From the NCBI GenBank assembly GCA_049971295.1, contig JBMFLH010000006.1, positions 1-39,878 of the forward strand: DNA of 39,878 nt, in the 5' to 3' direction. Numbering within the stretch: position 1 is the first letter of the stretch; each line of letters begins with the position of its first letter. The position numbers were made by a program, and so were the translations under genes. Under the pieces are notes generated by a model. It had not been told where the DNA came from. It was given only the letters and a program-made list of their open reading frames with translations, and searched no databases. Below, piece after piece: positions 7,670-17,840 of the stretch. This DNA is from Candidatus Ratteibacteria bacterium. GTDB taxonomy: Bacteria > Ratteibacteria > UBA8468 > B48-G9 > DTJG01.

Positions 7670-10061
7670 ATCTGCAAAATGGATATGGCTGAATGAAAAA
7701 CCAGTTGATGCGTTTCAGATTTGTTATTTCAGAAAAAAATTTGTTTCAGAAAAAAAGGCAAACGCCTTTATTTATTGTTTCGCTGATTCAAGATACAGAT
7801 TATGGGTAAATGGAAAATATATCGGATTTGGTCCTGCAAGGGGAAGGGCAGCAAATCCCTATTATGACACTCATAGAATAAAACTTGAAAAGGGTGAGAA
7901 TGTGATTGCGTTTTCTGTTCAGCACTATTGCCAGCCGACAAACATTTTTGAATCTGTTGAACCGGGGCTCATCTGTCAAATTGAGTCAGGGAAAAACGCG
8001 ATACTTGTGTCTGACAATTCGTGGAAAGGCATTGTGGCGAAATCCTATAGTTCTATTCCTGGTATTTTTTTCCCTGAGTGTTTTGATGCGCGAGGTGAAC
8101 CAGAAAACTGGCAACAACCATCTTTCGATGATTCTGAATGGGAAAATGTTATTGAAAAAGAATCTTCTGTGCTACCGCAAGTTGAAGATTTTTCTCCAAG
8201 ATCCATTCCATTGATAAAAGAAAAACTTGTTATGCCGGAACGAATTCTTGATATTTACGGTTGTGCCACTGAAAACATACAGGATTTTCTTGATAAAGAA
8301 AAGATAGCCGAGACATTGTGGAGTGCAAAAAAACTTGAGCAGGCAGTACCTGTTGAGCCAGAAGTAAAAATTCCTGCACCTTGGCAGAAACATCTGTCTT
8401 TTACGCTTGATGGCAAAAAGGCAGTATGTGTGTTGCTGGATTTTGGTTTTGAGACGCTTGCGTTTGTTGAAATATGCGCCGAAGGTCCCTCAGGAACAAT
8501 TATTGATTTTGCACATAGTGAATGCCTCTGGAATAATCGTGTTGCAACACTATGGCAATCTCCTTCATTGAAGCAGGCGCAGCGGATAATTCTTGGAAAT
8601 GAAAAGGTGTGCCATCGCACAAATCAGCAGCGTGGATTCCGATATATGGTTGTAAGAATTTTCAATCCTGCTGATACGAAGGTAAAAGTCATACTTCATT
8701 CAATCGTCGCTTTTGAAGCAATATATCCAGTAAAAATGCAGGGTCGTTTCCAGTGTTCTGATAAACTTTTTGAGCAGATTTATAATCTTTCAGCGAGAAC
8801 TGTCAATTTGTGTATGGAAGATGCATATACTGATTGTCCCTGGAGAGAGCGTTCCCAATGGGTTGGAGATACCCAGCCAGAAGCGATTGTTAACTACTAT
8901 TGTTTTGGTGCTTATGAACTTTCAAAAAAGGCAGTCATTGAGTTTACCTCAGGAAATACTGAAGAAGGATGGATTCCTGGGGTCTGTCCTGGAAAAAGGG
9001 CATCAAATCTTCCTACCTGGGGAATGAGAATACCTGTAATTGTATGGGAATATTATCTTTTTACAGGAGATTTTGAAACATTAAAAAAGGCGTATCCGGG
9101 AATAAAGAAACAGATGGAGTGGCTTTTGAACCACACAGATAGAGAAGGTTTTTTTGATATTAAAACAGGCTGGAACTTTGTTGACTGGACATCTCTTGAT
9201 TCTGGATTTGCTGATGGTGCCGTACAGGGATGGTTCTGGGAATCATTGATTTATGCGGAAAAAATCGCAAATGCATTGGAAGACAAAAAGCAAGCAGCAA
9301 AGTATAAAAAATACGCAGATTCACTGAAAAAAAAGATAGCAAAATTTTACTGGTGCAAAGAAAAACAGGCATTCAAAAAGTATAGAAGAAACAGTCCCAA
9401 AAAGCCACCTGCTGCATCAGAAAATATCATTGGTCAACATGAAAATTTTATTTTTAATATCCTTAAGATAGGAACAGAAACACAGAGAAAACACGCACTT
9501 GATAATATTGCCGGTCCTTGCGGGTTATACCTTCCAAACCTTGGTGGTCATTATGGAAATTATATCGACCAGGATATTATAAAAATTGGAAGTCCTTTCT
9601 GGTCGTTTTATGCACTTTTGTCTCTGATTAAGGCAAAAAAATATAAAGAAGCACTAACCTATATTCGCATATGCTGGGGTATGATGCTTGAATTTGGTGC
9701 AACAAGTTGCTGGGAAATGTGGGACAGACACACTTCTTTCTGCCATGGCTGGAGTGCAGCGCCTGGTATGATACTTCCTGCATATGCTGGTGGTATAAAG
9801 CCATTAGAACCAGGGTTCAAAAAGTTTCTGGTAGAAGTTGTGCTGTGTGATTTTGAATGGGTAAAAACAGATGTACCCACGCCCCATGGGGTTATTTCTG
9901 TATCATGGAAAATTAAAAGACAGACGTTTTTTGAAATATCTGTGAAAGTGCCTGAATCCACAACAGGTATTCTCATTCCGCCGCCTGATTTTGTTCCTCA
10001 AAAAAAGATATTATTAAGTCCTGGCCTCAATACATTTTCTTTCAAAAGGAGAAAAAATTGA
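7662..10061 (+). CDS. Alpha-L-rhamnosidase, GH78 family
   Basis: AKWIW, ADSRYRLWVNG, LDFG, GFRY, TDCPWRERSQWVGD, FVDW, GATSCWEMW, SFCHGWSAAP, VPTPHG. ATG 7662 with GGAG SD. No signal peptide. Confidence 0.9.
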   Translation: MFESAKWIWLNEKPVDAFQICYFRKKFVSEKKANAFIYCFADSRYRLWVNGKYIGFGPARGRAANPYYDTHRIKLEKGENVIAFSVQHYCQPTNIFESVEPGLICQIESGKNAILVSDNSWKGIVAKSYSSIPGIFFPECFDARGEPENWQQPSFDDSEWENVIEKESSVLPQVEDFSPRSIPLIKEKLVMPERILDIYGCATENIQDFLDKEKIAETLWSAKKLEQAVPVEPEVKIPAPWQKHLSFTLDGKKAVCVLLDFGFETLAFVEICAEGPSGTIIDFAHSECLWNNRVATLWQSPSLKQAQRIILGNEKVCHRTNQQRGFRYMVVRIFNPADTKVKVILHSIVAFEAIYPVKMQGRFQCSDKLFEQIYNLSARTVNLCMEDAYTDCPWRERSQWVGDTQPEAIVNYYCFGAYELSKKAVIEFTSGNTEEGWIPGVCPGKRASNLPTWGMRIPVIVWEYYLFTGDFETLKKAYPGIKKQMEWLLNHTDREGFFDIKTGWNFVDWTSLDSGFADGAVQGWFWESLIYAEKIANALEDKKQAAKYKKYADSLKKKIAKFYWCKEKQAFKKYRRNSPKKPPAASENIIGQHENFIFNILKIGTETQRKHALDNIAGPCGLYLPNLGGHYGNYIDQDIIKIGSPFWSFYALLSLIKAKKYKEALTYIRICWGMMLEFGATSCWEMWDRHTSFCHGWSAAPGMILPAYAGGIKPLEPGFKKFLVEVVLCDFEWVKTDVPTPHGVISVSWKIKRQTFFEISVKVPESTTGILIPPPDFVPQKKILLSPGLNTFSFKRRKN

Positions 10062-11212
10062 CAAACAGAGAAAGAGTAAAAAAAATCCTTCACTATGAAA
10101 GTTATGACAGGATGCCGCTGGTTCATTTTGGATTCTGGAATGAAACACTTAATCTGTGGGCTTCCGAAAAACATATTCCAGAAGAGATTGCAAAAAACTG
10201 GGCTGATGGTAATTATGCTGATTTTGAAATTTCAAAAATCATTGGATTTGATTTCAACTGGTACAATGTGTTCAAGCCAATTCTTGGGCTCCGGCCTGCT
10301 TTTGAATCAGAACTTATAGAAGAACTTCCTGATGGAACAAAAAAAATTCTAAGTGGCGAAGGGGTGATAATTTTACAAAGGCCAGGTGCTGGCTCTATCC
10401 CTGCTGATGTTGACCATCTTTTGAAAGATAGAGATTCATGGGAAAAATTTTATCTACCAAAATTACAGTGGTCAAAAGAAAGAGTATTAAAGGCTCCAGT
10501 CATTGCTGGTAAAAATGTTCTGACTTTTGAACAAGGTGGCATGGATTTTCTTAAAAAACAGGAAAGAAATCAGCCTTTAGGGATTTATTGCGGCAGCCTC
10601 TACGGATGGGTCAGAAACTGGTTGACGATGGAAGGTGCTTGTTATCTTCTCGTGGATGATGAAGCACTATTTGATGAAATTGTTGAGACAAATGCTGAGA
10701 TATGTTATCAGGCAGTCAAAACAACCCTTGAAACAGGCGTAACATTTGACTTTGGACATTTCTGGGAAGATATTTGTTTCAAAAATGGCCCATTGATTTC
10801 ACCGAGTGTTTTCAAAAAGAAGATTGGTCCGCATTACAGAAGAATCTGTGATTTGTTGAACAGTTACGGTATTGACATTGTCAGTGTTGACTGCGATGGG
10901 TGCATTGACGCCCTTGTTCCGATATGGCTTGACAATGGCGTTAATACCATGTTTCCTATTGAGGTTGGAACATGGAACGGAAGCATTAAACCATGGAGGG
11001 AACAATTCGGGCGAAACATCAGGGGCGTTGGTGGAATGAACAAGATAGTATTTTCAAAAGATAAAAAGGCAGTTGATAGTGAAATCAGTCGACTGCTGGA
11101 ACTCGTTGAACTGGGTGGTTATATTCCATGTCCTGACCATAGAATTCCACCTGACGCAAAATGGGAACTTGTGGTTTATTATTGTGAGAGAATGCGAAAA
11201 TTTCTTGGTTAA
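10058..11212 (+). CDS. UroD/MtaA-fold protein
   Basis: MTNRERV start (TTG, overlapping the upstream stop), WEDICFKNGPLISP, VDCDG, GGYIPCPDHRIPPD. Confidence 0.85.
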   Translation: MTNRERVKKILHYESYDRMPLVHFGFWNETLNLWASEKHIPEEIAKNWADGNYADFEISKIIGFDFNWYNVFKPILGLRPAFESELIEELPDGTKKILSGEGVIILQRPGAGSIPADVDHLLKDRDSWEKFYLPKLQWSKERVLKAPVIAGKNVLTFEQGGMDFLKKQERNQPLGIYCGSLYGWVRNWLTMEGACYLLVDDEALFDEIVETNAEICYQAVKTTLETGVTFDFGHFWEDICFKNGPLISPSVFKKKIGPHYRRICDLLNSYGIDIVSVDCDGCIDALVPIWLDNGVNTMFPIEVGTWNGSIKPWREQFGRNIRGVGGMNKIVFSKDKKAVDSEISRLLELVELGGYIPCPDHRIPPDAKWELVVYYCERMRKFLG

Positions 11213-11223
11213 CAGGAGGAAAT

Positions 11224-12678
11224 ATGGACAGTGAAAAAATTCTGGTGGGTTGGTCTGAAGTGAACATCACTCCAGATCAACAGGTGTGTCTGTGTGGACA
11301 GTTTCATGCACGGGTTTCTGAAGGAGTAAAAGATCCAATTACTGCAACGATACTTGTGCTGGAAGCAACAAAGAAAAATGGTTGCAAGCACGCAGTGATG
11401 GTCAGTTGTGACTTTGTAGCAATTCCAGCAGCGTTCAAAAAGGCAGTTGTTGAAAAAACAAAAACACTTGTTCCAGAAATTGATGAAACGAGCATTATTA
11501 TGAATGCAACCCATACACATGCTGCACCAGAACCTGGAAGCGATATTCTTGGCGGTACACCCGGGCTGGATATCAAAGAAATCTACGGTGTGGAACTTCC
11601 GGTGATGAAAATTACTGATTATATTGATTTTGCTGCTTCAAAGATTGCGCATGGCATTCAAAATGCCTGGGAAAAAAGAAAAGAAACTGGCATAGGTTAT
11701 GGGTTGGGTTATGCTGTTGTTGGATATAACAGAAGGGTTTCTTACTACGATGGTTCTTCAGTAATGTATGGAAAAACCAACGACCCTCAATTCAGTCACA
11801 TTGAGGGTTATGAAGACCATACACTGAATATCATGGGAACATGGGATAGCCAGAAAAATCTTACCGGCTTGATAGTAAATATCGCCTGTCCAAGTCAGGT
11901 TGATGAACACCTTTTTGAAATCAGTGCTGATTACTGGCATGATGTGAAAAAAGAATTGAGGAGAAGGTTTGGAGAAAACATTTTCATTCTCGCTCAGTGC
12001 AGCGCAGCAGGAGATCTATCTCCTCATATTCTTTTGTGTAGGCAGGCATATGAGAGGATGTGGAATCTTTCAGGACGAAGTGAAAGACAGGATATTGCTG
12101 TCAGGATCGCAGACGGTATTCAAAGGTCACTTGGTGATATTGAAAAAGACATAAAATGGCAACTTGAATTTGCAGTGGTTTCAAAAAAATTACGACTGCA
12201 AGGATTCAGTTGTTCTGCAAAAGATTTGAGACAATTTTCAAAGGAAGCAGCGAAATTTCGCAAAGAATACGAAAGATTGAAAAAACAGATAGAAAATAAT
12301 CCTGAAATCATGAAACAACCGCGATGGTACAGGGATATGACATATCATTATAGAAAATATCGGTGGTTTCAGAGTTGCGTGGAAAGAGAAAAAAATAAAA
12401 ATGTTCAGGTTGAAGTGCATGTTGTCAGATTGGGTGACATTGTGTTTGCCACAAATCCATTTGAGTTGTATGTTGACTATGGCATCAGGATAAAGGCGCA
12501 GAGCAAAGCAGTTCAAACATTTATTGTCCAGCTTGCTGGAGGTGGAACCTATCTTCCGACAGAAAGGGCGGTGAAAGGGAAAAGCTATGGCGCAATAGGG
12601 CCATCGTGCATGGTTGGCCCTGAAGGCGGCAGACAACTTGTTGAAAAAACCCTCGAAATCATCAATAATCTCTGGTAA
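11224..12678 (+). CDS. Neutral/alkaline ceramidase-like metallohydrolase
   Basis: GWSEVNITP, DPITAT, VSCD, NATHTHAAP, NRR, ISADY, AAGD, PFELYVDYG, YLPT. AGGAGG SD. Confidence 0.75.
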   Translation: MDSEKILVGWSEVNITPDQQVCLCGQFHARVSEGVKDPITATILVLEATKKNGCKHAVMVSCDFVAIPAAFKKAVVEKTKTLVPEIDETSIIMNATHTHAAPEPGSDILGGTPGLDIKEIYGVELPVMKITDYIDFAASKIAHGIQNAWEKRKETGIGYGLGYAVVGYNRRVSYYDGSSVMYGKTNDPQFSHIEGYEDHTLNIMGTWDSQKNLTGLIVNIACPSQVDEHLFEISADYWHDVKKELRRRFGENIFILAQCSAAGDLSPHILLCRQAYERMWNLSGRSERQDIAVRIADGIQRSLGDIEKDIKWQLEFAVVSKKLRLQGFSCSAKDLRQFSKEAAKFRKEYERLKKQIENNPEIMKQPRWYRDMTYHYRKYRWFQSCVEREKNKNVQVEVHVVRLGDIVFATNPFELYVDYGIRIKAQSKAVQTFIVQLAGGGTYLPTERAVKGKSYGAIGPSCMVGPEGGRQLVEKTLEIINNLW

Positions 12679-12698
12679 AAAATTACTCCGGAGGAACA

Positions 12699-13889
12699 AT
12701 GCTAAACATAGGAATTGTTGGTGCTGGTAATCGCGGAATCAGGTGTTATGGCATCCACATTATGAAAGAAAAAAAGGATATAGCAAAAATTGTGGCAATA
12801 TCAGATCCTGACGAAAAACGACTTGCTGTTGCAAAGCAGGTTCTTCATCTGAATGATGATGCCACATACACAGACACAAAAAGATTGCTTGATAAAAAGG
12901 GGCTGGATGCAGTCATTATCACCAGCCCTGATTACACGCACAGGGATATTGCAATCGCTGCTTTTGAAAGAGGGCTTGATGTTCTTTGTGAAAAACCTCT
13001 GGCGCTTACAGTTGACGACTGCGACGAAATTTTAAGAGCACAGGAAAAATCAGGCAAAATCCTCTGTGTGGGTTTTGTTCTCAGGTACAATAATTTTTAC
13101 AGAAAAATGTACGAGATTGTCAATGTTGAGAAAAAAATTGGAAAACTTATTATGGCAGGTGGATTTGATTCAGTATCAACAGGGTCTCAGTATTTTTTCC
13201 ATGGCTGGTGGCGGTTGAGAAAAAATAGCGGCGGGCTTCTTGTTCAGAAGGCAACACACTCCATTGATATTCTGAACTGGATTATTGGGAGTAGAGCCAG
13301 CCGTGTTTATGGTGAAGGAGGACTTGCGGTTTTTGGTGGGAATGAGCCAAACGACAAAACATGTTCCGGTTGCTCAAAGAGATTTGATTGCCCGGAAGCA
13401 CTGCTTGATAAAAATATTTCATGGGATTATGGTGAAGCCAGTATTGCCATGGAGGTAGAAGACAAATGTGTTTTTGCAAAAGAAATAGATGTTTATGACC
13501 ACGAAATTTTGACAATCAACTACGAAAATCATGTAAAGGCATTTTTTGTTGAAAGTCAGTTTACCCCTGATTACAAGCGGGAATTCTGGTTTATTGGAGA
13601 CAGGGCAAGAATGTATGGAATAGACCCATACATTGTTTCCGCACAGGACAATAAAAAACCATATATTGAAATTGTTCACAGGCATACCAGAGAAAAAGAA
13701 ATTGTTCCTGTGATGCTTGCCCCAGGCGGTCATGGCGGAGGAGACCCTGGATTGATTGATGATTTTTTGCATTGTTGCCTCACACGAGAAAAGGTTCTTG
13801 CTGATGGGATTGCTGGAAGGGAAAGTATTGCTATCTGCGCAGGTGGAGAAAAGTCCATTGAAACAGGTGAGATTGTTTATCTAGGGTGA
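12699..13889 (+). CDS. Gfo/Idh/MocA family oxidoreductase
   Basis: IGIVGAGNRG, DAVIITSPD, LCEKP, GFVLRY, SGGLLVQKATHSID, C-terminal GGHGGGD. Confidence 0.92.
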   Translation: MLNIGIVGAGNRGIRCYGIHIMKEKKDIAKIVAISDPDEKRLAVAKQVLHLNDDATYTDTKRLLDKKGLDAVIITSPDYTHRDIAIAAFERGLDVLCEKPLALTVDDCDEILRAQEKSGKILCVGFVLRYNNFYRKMYEIVNVEKKIGKLIMAGGFDSVSTGSQYFFHGWWRLRKNSGGLLVQKATHSIDILNWIIGSRASRVYGEGGLAVFGGNEPNDKTCSGCSKRFDCPEALLDKNISWDYGEASIAMEVEDKCVFAKEIDVYDHEILTINYENHVKAFFVESQFTPDYKREFWFIGDRARMYGIDPYIVSAQDNKKPYIEIVHRHTREKEIVPVMLAPGGHGGGDPGLIDDFLHCCLTREKVLADGIAGRESIAICAGGEKSIETGEIVYLG

Positions 13890-13892
13890 AAC

Positions 13893-14798
13893 ATGAATCC
13901 TTATATGACTATTGAAAAAGTGATGAAGACTGCATACGATCATCACATTCTTATTCCTGCATTCAATATTGCATATCTTCCTATGGTAAAGCCAATTTCT
14001 GATGCACTGGTTGAATGCAGAAGTATTGGTATTATTGAAGTTTCACGGCCTGACATAGAAAATTTTGGTGCAAAAAGTATTAAATCTGTTGCACAACAGT
14101 ATAAAAACGACGCAGACCAGAAATTCACATTTTTGCATCTTGACCATGTTCCTGTAATTGATGAACATTTTCTGCCTGTGAACTGGTTGGCAATGATTAA
14201 TGAAGCCATTGAACTTGAATTTGATTCTGTGATGATCGATGGCTCGCGGCTTCCTTTTGCAGACAATGTGAGTATTACAAAAAAGGTTGTTGAAATGGCG
14301 CATGAGAAAAATATATGCGTTGAGGCAGAACTTGGTTCTGTGATGGGACATGAGCCATTTTCACTTCCGCCATATGAAGAAATTTTTGAAAAGAAAATTG
14401 GCTTTACTGACCCTGTTGCAGCCGAGAAATTTGTAAAAATGACAGGTGTGGACTGGTTATCTGTTTCTGTTGGCTCAATTCATGGAGCAATTACTGGTGC
14501 TGCAAAGCACGAAAAGAAAGTGCGGGCAAGGATTGATATTGAGCATCTTGAAAAAATTAAAAATGCCACTGGTATTCCGCTTGTTCTTCATGGGGGTTCA
14601 GGAATTGACGAAGAATGTCTCAAACAAGCAATAAAGACAGGTATTACAAAAATCAATATTGGCACAGAAATAAGGCAGGCATACGAACAAGGTGTGAAAA
14701 TCGACGAAAAACAGGCGCAGGAAAATGTAAAAATGATCGTGAAAAAACTGATTGAGACATACCAGGTTCAAAATTCCATTGACATACTTCTGAAATAA
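13893..14798 (+). CDS. Class II (metal-dependent) ketose-bisphosphate aldolase, FBA/TBA family
   Basis: IPAFN, LHLDH, SVMIDGS, VEAELG, FTDP, GVDWLSVSVGSIHG, LVLHGGSG, KINIGT. Confidence 0.92.
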   Translation: MNPYMTIEKVMKTAYDHHILIPAFNIAYLPMVKPISDALVECRSIGIIEVSRPDIENFGAKSIKSVAQQYKNDADQKFTFLHLDHVPVIDEHFLPVNWLAMINEAIELEFDSVMIDGSRLPFADNVSITKKVVEMAHEKNICVEAELGSVMGHEPFSLPPYEEIFEKKIGFTDPVAAEKFVKMTGVDWLSVSVGSIHGAITGAAKHEKKVRARIDIEHLEKIKNATGIPLVLHGGSGIDEECLKQAIKTGITKINIGTEIRQAYEQGVKIDEKQAQENVKMIVKKLIETYQVQNSIDILLK

Positions 14799-15898
14799 TT
14801 CTGCCTGTAAGATTGAGCAATTCTTTTGAATTCAGGTAGACTTTCTCTGTAAAACAATTGCCATCCTTCGCAAAGAACGCTTTTTAGTTTTCCTGGTTTG
14901 CTTTTTCCAATTCTATGTTTCTGGCAGTCCCCTGCGCAGAACCTCAGGTACTGGCATCTATCACAATCTGGATGCCACAGCGATTTTCTTGTGCCGAAAC
15001 TTCTGTACTTTTCAGAATTAAGTAAATCTTCCCACGCATCAATTGTAATATTTCCAAGCATGGTATAATTCTTCACAAAAAAATCACATGGAAACACATC
15101 TCCATTGTGTTCAATAACAAAATACTGACAGCAATTTTTTTCCATCTGACATATACCAGATGGTTGATCCAGTAAAACAAGAATGATTGAATCAAATAGC
15201 CGTATTGAAACCTGTTGATTGTCAATTAACCACTGTTGAAAAATTTCAATTAAAAATTTTCCCCAATGTATACCATCTATTGTCCAAGGTAGTTTTTTCC
15301 CACTTTTATCATATTCAACGCATGGAATATACTGGTGGTAATATGAACCAATGTCTTTAAGAAATTGATAAACCATTTTTCCTTTTCCTGCATGTTCAGA
15401 AGTAACAACCGTCAACGTATTAAAGGCGACATTGTGTTTCTGTAACATTTTAATACCATCCATAACAAGACGGAATGCATTTGTTCTGTCAGGAATTTTC
15501 CTGAATTTGTTGTGCAATTGTTCTGGTCCATCACAACTGATACCAACAAGAAAATTGTTTGTTGAAAAAAACTCTGCATAGGTTTCGTCAATGAGATAAC
15601 CATTGGTCTGAATACCATTACCAATGACAGAACCAGGTCCTGCCAGGGTCTGCTGGAGATGGACAACATCTTTGTAAAAATCCATTCCCATCAAAAACGG
15701 TTCTCCACCCTGCCATGAGAAAATATACTGATTCTGCCGGGTTGATAGATACTTTTCAATCAGTGTTTCAACCACCTGTCGGGTCATGAATGTGGACTTT
15801 TGATTTTTATAGATGGCAAGATTTTTATAAAAACAATATTCGCATTCAGAATTACATTGTGAAGATGCTGGCTTGATAAGCAGTGAAAATTGTTTCAT
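14768..15898 (-). CDS. Anaerobic sulfatase-maturating radical SAM/SPASM enzyme
   Basis: IKP...CNSECEYCFY, WQGGEP, IQTNG, GISCDGP, EHNGDVFPCDFFV, CxxCxxxxxCxGDC. Divergent from a sulfatase. Confidence 0.93.
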   Translation of the reverse strand: MKQFSLLIKPASSQCNSECEYCFYKNLAIYKNQKSTFMTRQVVETLIEKYLSTRQNQYIFSWQGGEPFLMGMDFYKDVVHLQQTLAGPGSVIGNGIQTNGYLIDETYAEFFSTNNFLVGISCDGPEQLHNKFRKIPDRTNAFRLVMDGIKMLQKHNVAFNTLTVVTSEHAGKGKMVYQFLKDIGSYYHQYIPCVEYDKSGKKLPWTIDGIHWGKFLIEIFQQWLIDNQQVSIRLFDSIILVLLDQPSGICQMEKNCCQYFVIEHNGDVFPCDFFVKNYTMLGNITIDAWEDLLNSEKYRSFGTRKSLWHPDCDRCQYLRFCAGDCQKHRIGKSKPGKLKSVLCEGWQLFYRESLPEFKRIAQSYRQNYFRSMSMEF

Positions 15899-15914
15899 AA
15901 TAATGTATTATAAC
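15883..15914. promoter_or_regulatory. Overlapping divergent promoters between maturase and sulfatase
   Basis: Intergenic gap is only 36 nt. Minus strand has TATAAT at 15912-15907, 8 nt before the maturase ATG. Plus strand has GTGAAA (15883-15888), 17 nt, TATTAT (15906-15911). Confidence 0.45.
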
Positions 15915-15934
15915 TCATCATTCTGGAGAAAAAC

Positions 15935-17446
15935 ATGAAAAAGATGCCAAATATACTGTTGATCACAAGCGACCAGCAACATTACAATACCCTGGGTTGT
16001 ACCAATCCTGAAATAAAAACTCCGAATCTTGATAAACTGGCAAAACAGGGGATACGATTCACCAGGGCATACTGCACAAATCCCACATGCACTCCTTCAA
16101 GGGCATCGCTGATTACAGGAAAATATCCAGGTCAGCATGGCGCATGGTCTCTTGGAACAAAACTTCCTGAAACAGAACCAACAGTCGGTAAATATCTTTC
16201 TTGTGCTGATTACAGAACTGTTTTAATCGGTAAGGCGCACTTTCAACCACTGAAACATACTCCTGAATATCCCTCAATAGAATCAAATCCATTGATGCAG
16301 AACCTTGATTTCTGGAAAAAGTTTCATGGACCTTTCTATGGATTCCAAAGGGTGGAACTGGCAAGAAACCATACAGATGAATTTCATGTTGGTCAGCATT
16401 ATGCAATATGGATGGAGAAAAAGGGGCTGAAGGACTGGAGAAAATACTTTAGGGCACCTGCAGGTACTGTACGACACCAGCAACGCTGGCACTGGACACT
16501 TCCTGAAGAATTCCATTATGATAAATGGATTGCAGAGCGCACAATAAAATTTCTAAGACAGTATCACCGGAAAAACCAGCGATTTTTCTTGTGGGCAAGT
16601 TTTTTGGATCCGCACCCGCCGTATCTTGTTTCATCTCCATGGGATACCATGTATGACCCTGAAAAATTGACAGCCCCTCATGGACAACCAGACGAACACA
16701 AGAAAAATCCCCCTCATTTTCAACTCACGCAACTGGAAAATCCCGACTTTTCTCCATGGAGAGAATCTGGTATGGGCCTTCATGGTTTTCATTCTCACCT
16801 TCCTCTGCTGAAAACGCTGAAAAAGGACATTGCTGTTTATTATGGTATGATTTCCCTGATGGACAAATATATCGGTCTAATTATTGATGAACTCGATAAA
16901 CTGGGCCTTTCTGAAGATACGATTGTGATTTTCACCACTGATCACGGACATCTTATTGGTCAGCACAATCTTGCGGCAAAAGGAGCATTTCACTATGAAG
17001 ATCTGTTGCGCGTTCCATTTATTGTAAGATGGCTGGGCCATTTTCCTGAAAACAAAACTTCAGATGCTTTAATTTCTTTTGTTGATTTTGCGCCAACAAT
17101 TCTCTCATTATGCGGGCTCAAAGTTCCACGCACAATGACTGGTATTGACCAGAGCTCTGTTTTTTATGGAAAAGAGGAATCATTAAGAAAGTGGGTTGTT
17201 GTTGAAAACAGGCATGAACCAACAACGATTTTTTTGAAAACATACATTGAGAAAAAATATAAGATTACAGTGTATTTCAGAAAGGACTATGGCGAACTTT
17301 TTGACCTTGAAAATGATCCAGGCGAATATAAGAATCTGTGGGATGAACCTGAGTATAAAGAATTGAAGTATCAGTTGATTACAAAGATTCTTTTTGCTGA
17401 AATGGAAAAGGAGCCATTATGGATGCCAAGGGTATGGGGAGCATAA
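15935..17446 (+). CDS. Cys-type formylglycine-dependent sulfatase (S1)
   Basis: PNILLITSDQ, TPNLD, CTPSRASLITG, GKAH, DPHPP, FTTDHG, KG..HYE, ELFDLENDPGE. No signal peptide. Confidence 0.95.
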   Translation: MKKMPNILLITSDQQHYNTLGCTNPEIKTPNLDKLAKQGIRFTRAYCTNPTCTPSRASLITGKYPGQHGAWSLGTKLPETEPTVGKYLSCADYRTVLIGKAHFQPLKHTPEYPSIESNPLMQNLDFWKKFHGPFYGFQRVELARNHTDEFHVGQHYAIWMEKKGLKDWRKYFRAPAGTVRHQQRWHWTLPEEFHYDKWIAERTIKFLRQYHRKNQRFFLWASFLDPHPPYLVSSPWDTMYDPEKLTAPHGQPDEHKKNPPHFQLTQLENPDFSPWRESGMGLHGFHSHLPLLKTLKKDIAVYYGMISLMDKYIGLIIDELDKLGLSEDTIVIFTTDHGHLIGQHNLAAKGAFHYEDLLRVPFIVRWLGHFPENKTSDALISFVDFAPTILSLCGLKVPRTMTGIDQSSVFYGKEESLRKWVVVENRHEPTTIFLKTYIEKKYKITVYFRKDYGELFDLENDPGEYKNLWDEPEYKELKYQLITKILFAEMEKEPLWMPRVWGA

Positions 17447-17823
17447 TGGTAGGAACAAAAGGGTTTACCATGATTGAATTATTGATAGTATTTATCATCG
17501 TAGGATTGCTTGCAGCAATTGCGATACCGATATACAGGGTCAACATTAAAAAGGTTGCTTCAAGTGAAGGCGTGGCACTTCTCGGCACAGTACTTACTGC
17601 CCAGAAAGTTTATTATTCAGAAGACAATACCTATACATCAAATGAAAATATATTAGGGATAGATCTTTCAGGAAACAAATACTTCAAGGATTTCGAGGTA
17701 ACTCACGCGGATGCAAATGGGTTCTCTGCAAAAACGACTGGTACTGGTATCTGCGATGGGATTGAAGTCATAATGGTTTATTCCAATATCGCAGGTGCAA
17801 CAATTTCTTATTCTGGGTTTTGA
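17446..17823 (+). CDS. Type IV pilin-like protein (class III signal peptide)
   Basis: MVGTKG|FTMIELLIVFIIVGLLAAIAIP with E5 and P22, then AQKVYYSE...Y. ATG 17446 overlaps the sulfatase TAA. Confidence 0.9.
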   Translation: MVGTKGFTMIELLIVFIIVGLLAAIAIPIYRVNIKKVASSEGVALLGTVLTAQKVYYSEDNTYTSNENILGIDLSGNKYFKDFEVTHADANGFSAKTTGTGICDGIEVIMVYSNIAGATISYSGF

Positions 17824-17840
17824 TTGAAAAGGCATTCAAG

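Noticed and set aside
14768..14798. Convergent 3' overlaps (aldolase/maturase 31 nt; also 3624-3629 and the abutting ends at 26604/26605) as antisense regulation
   Set aside because: Short convergent overlaps are common in compact genomes and nothing else supports a regulatory role.
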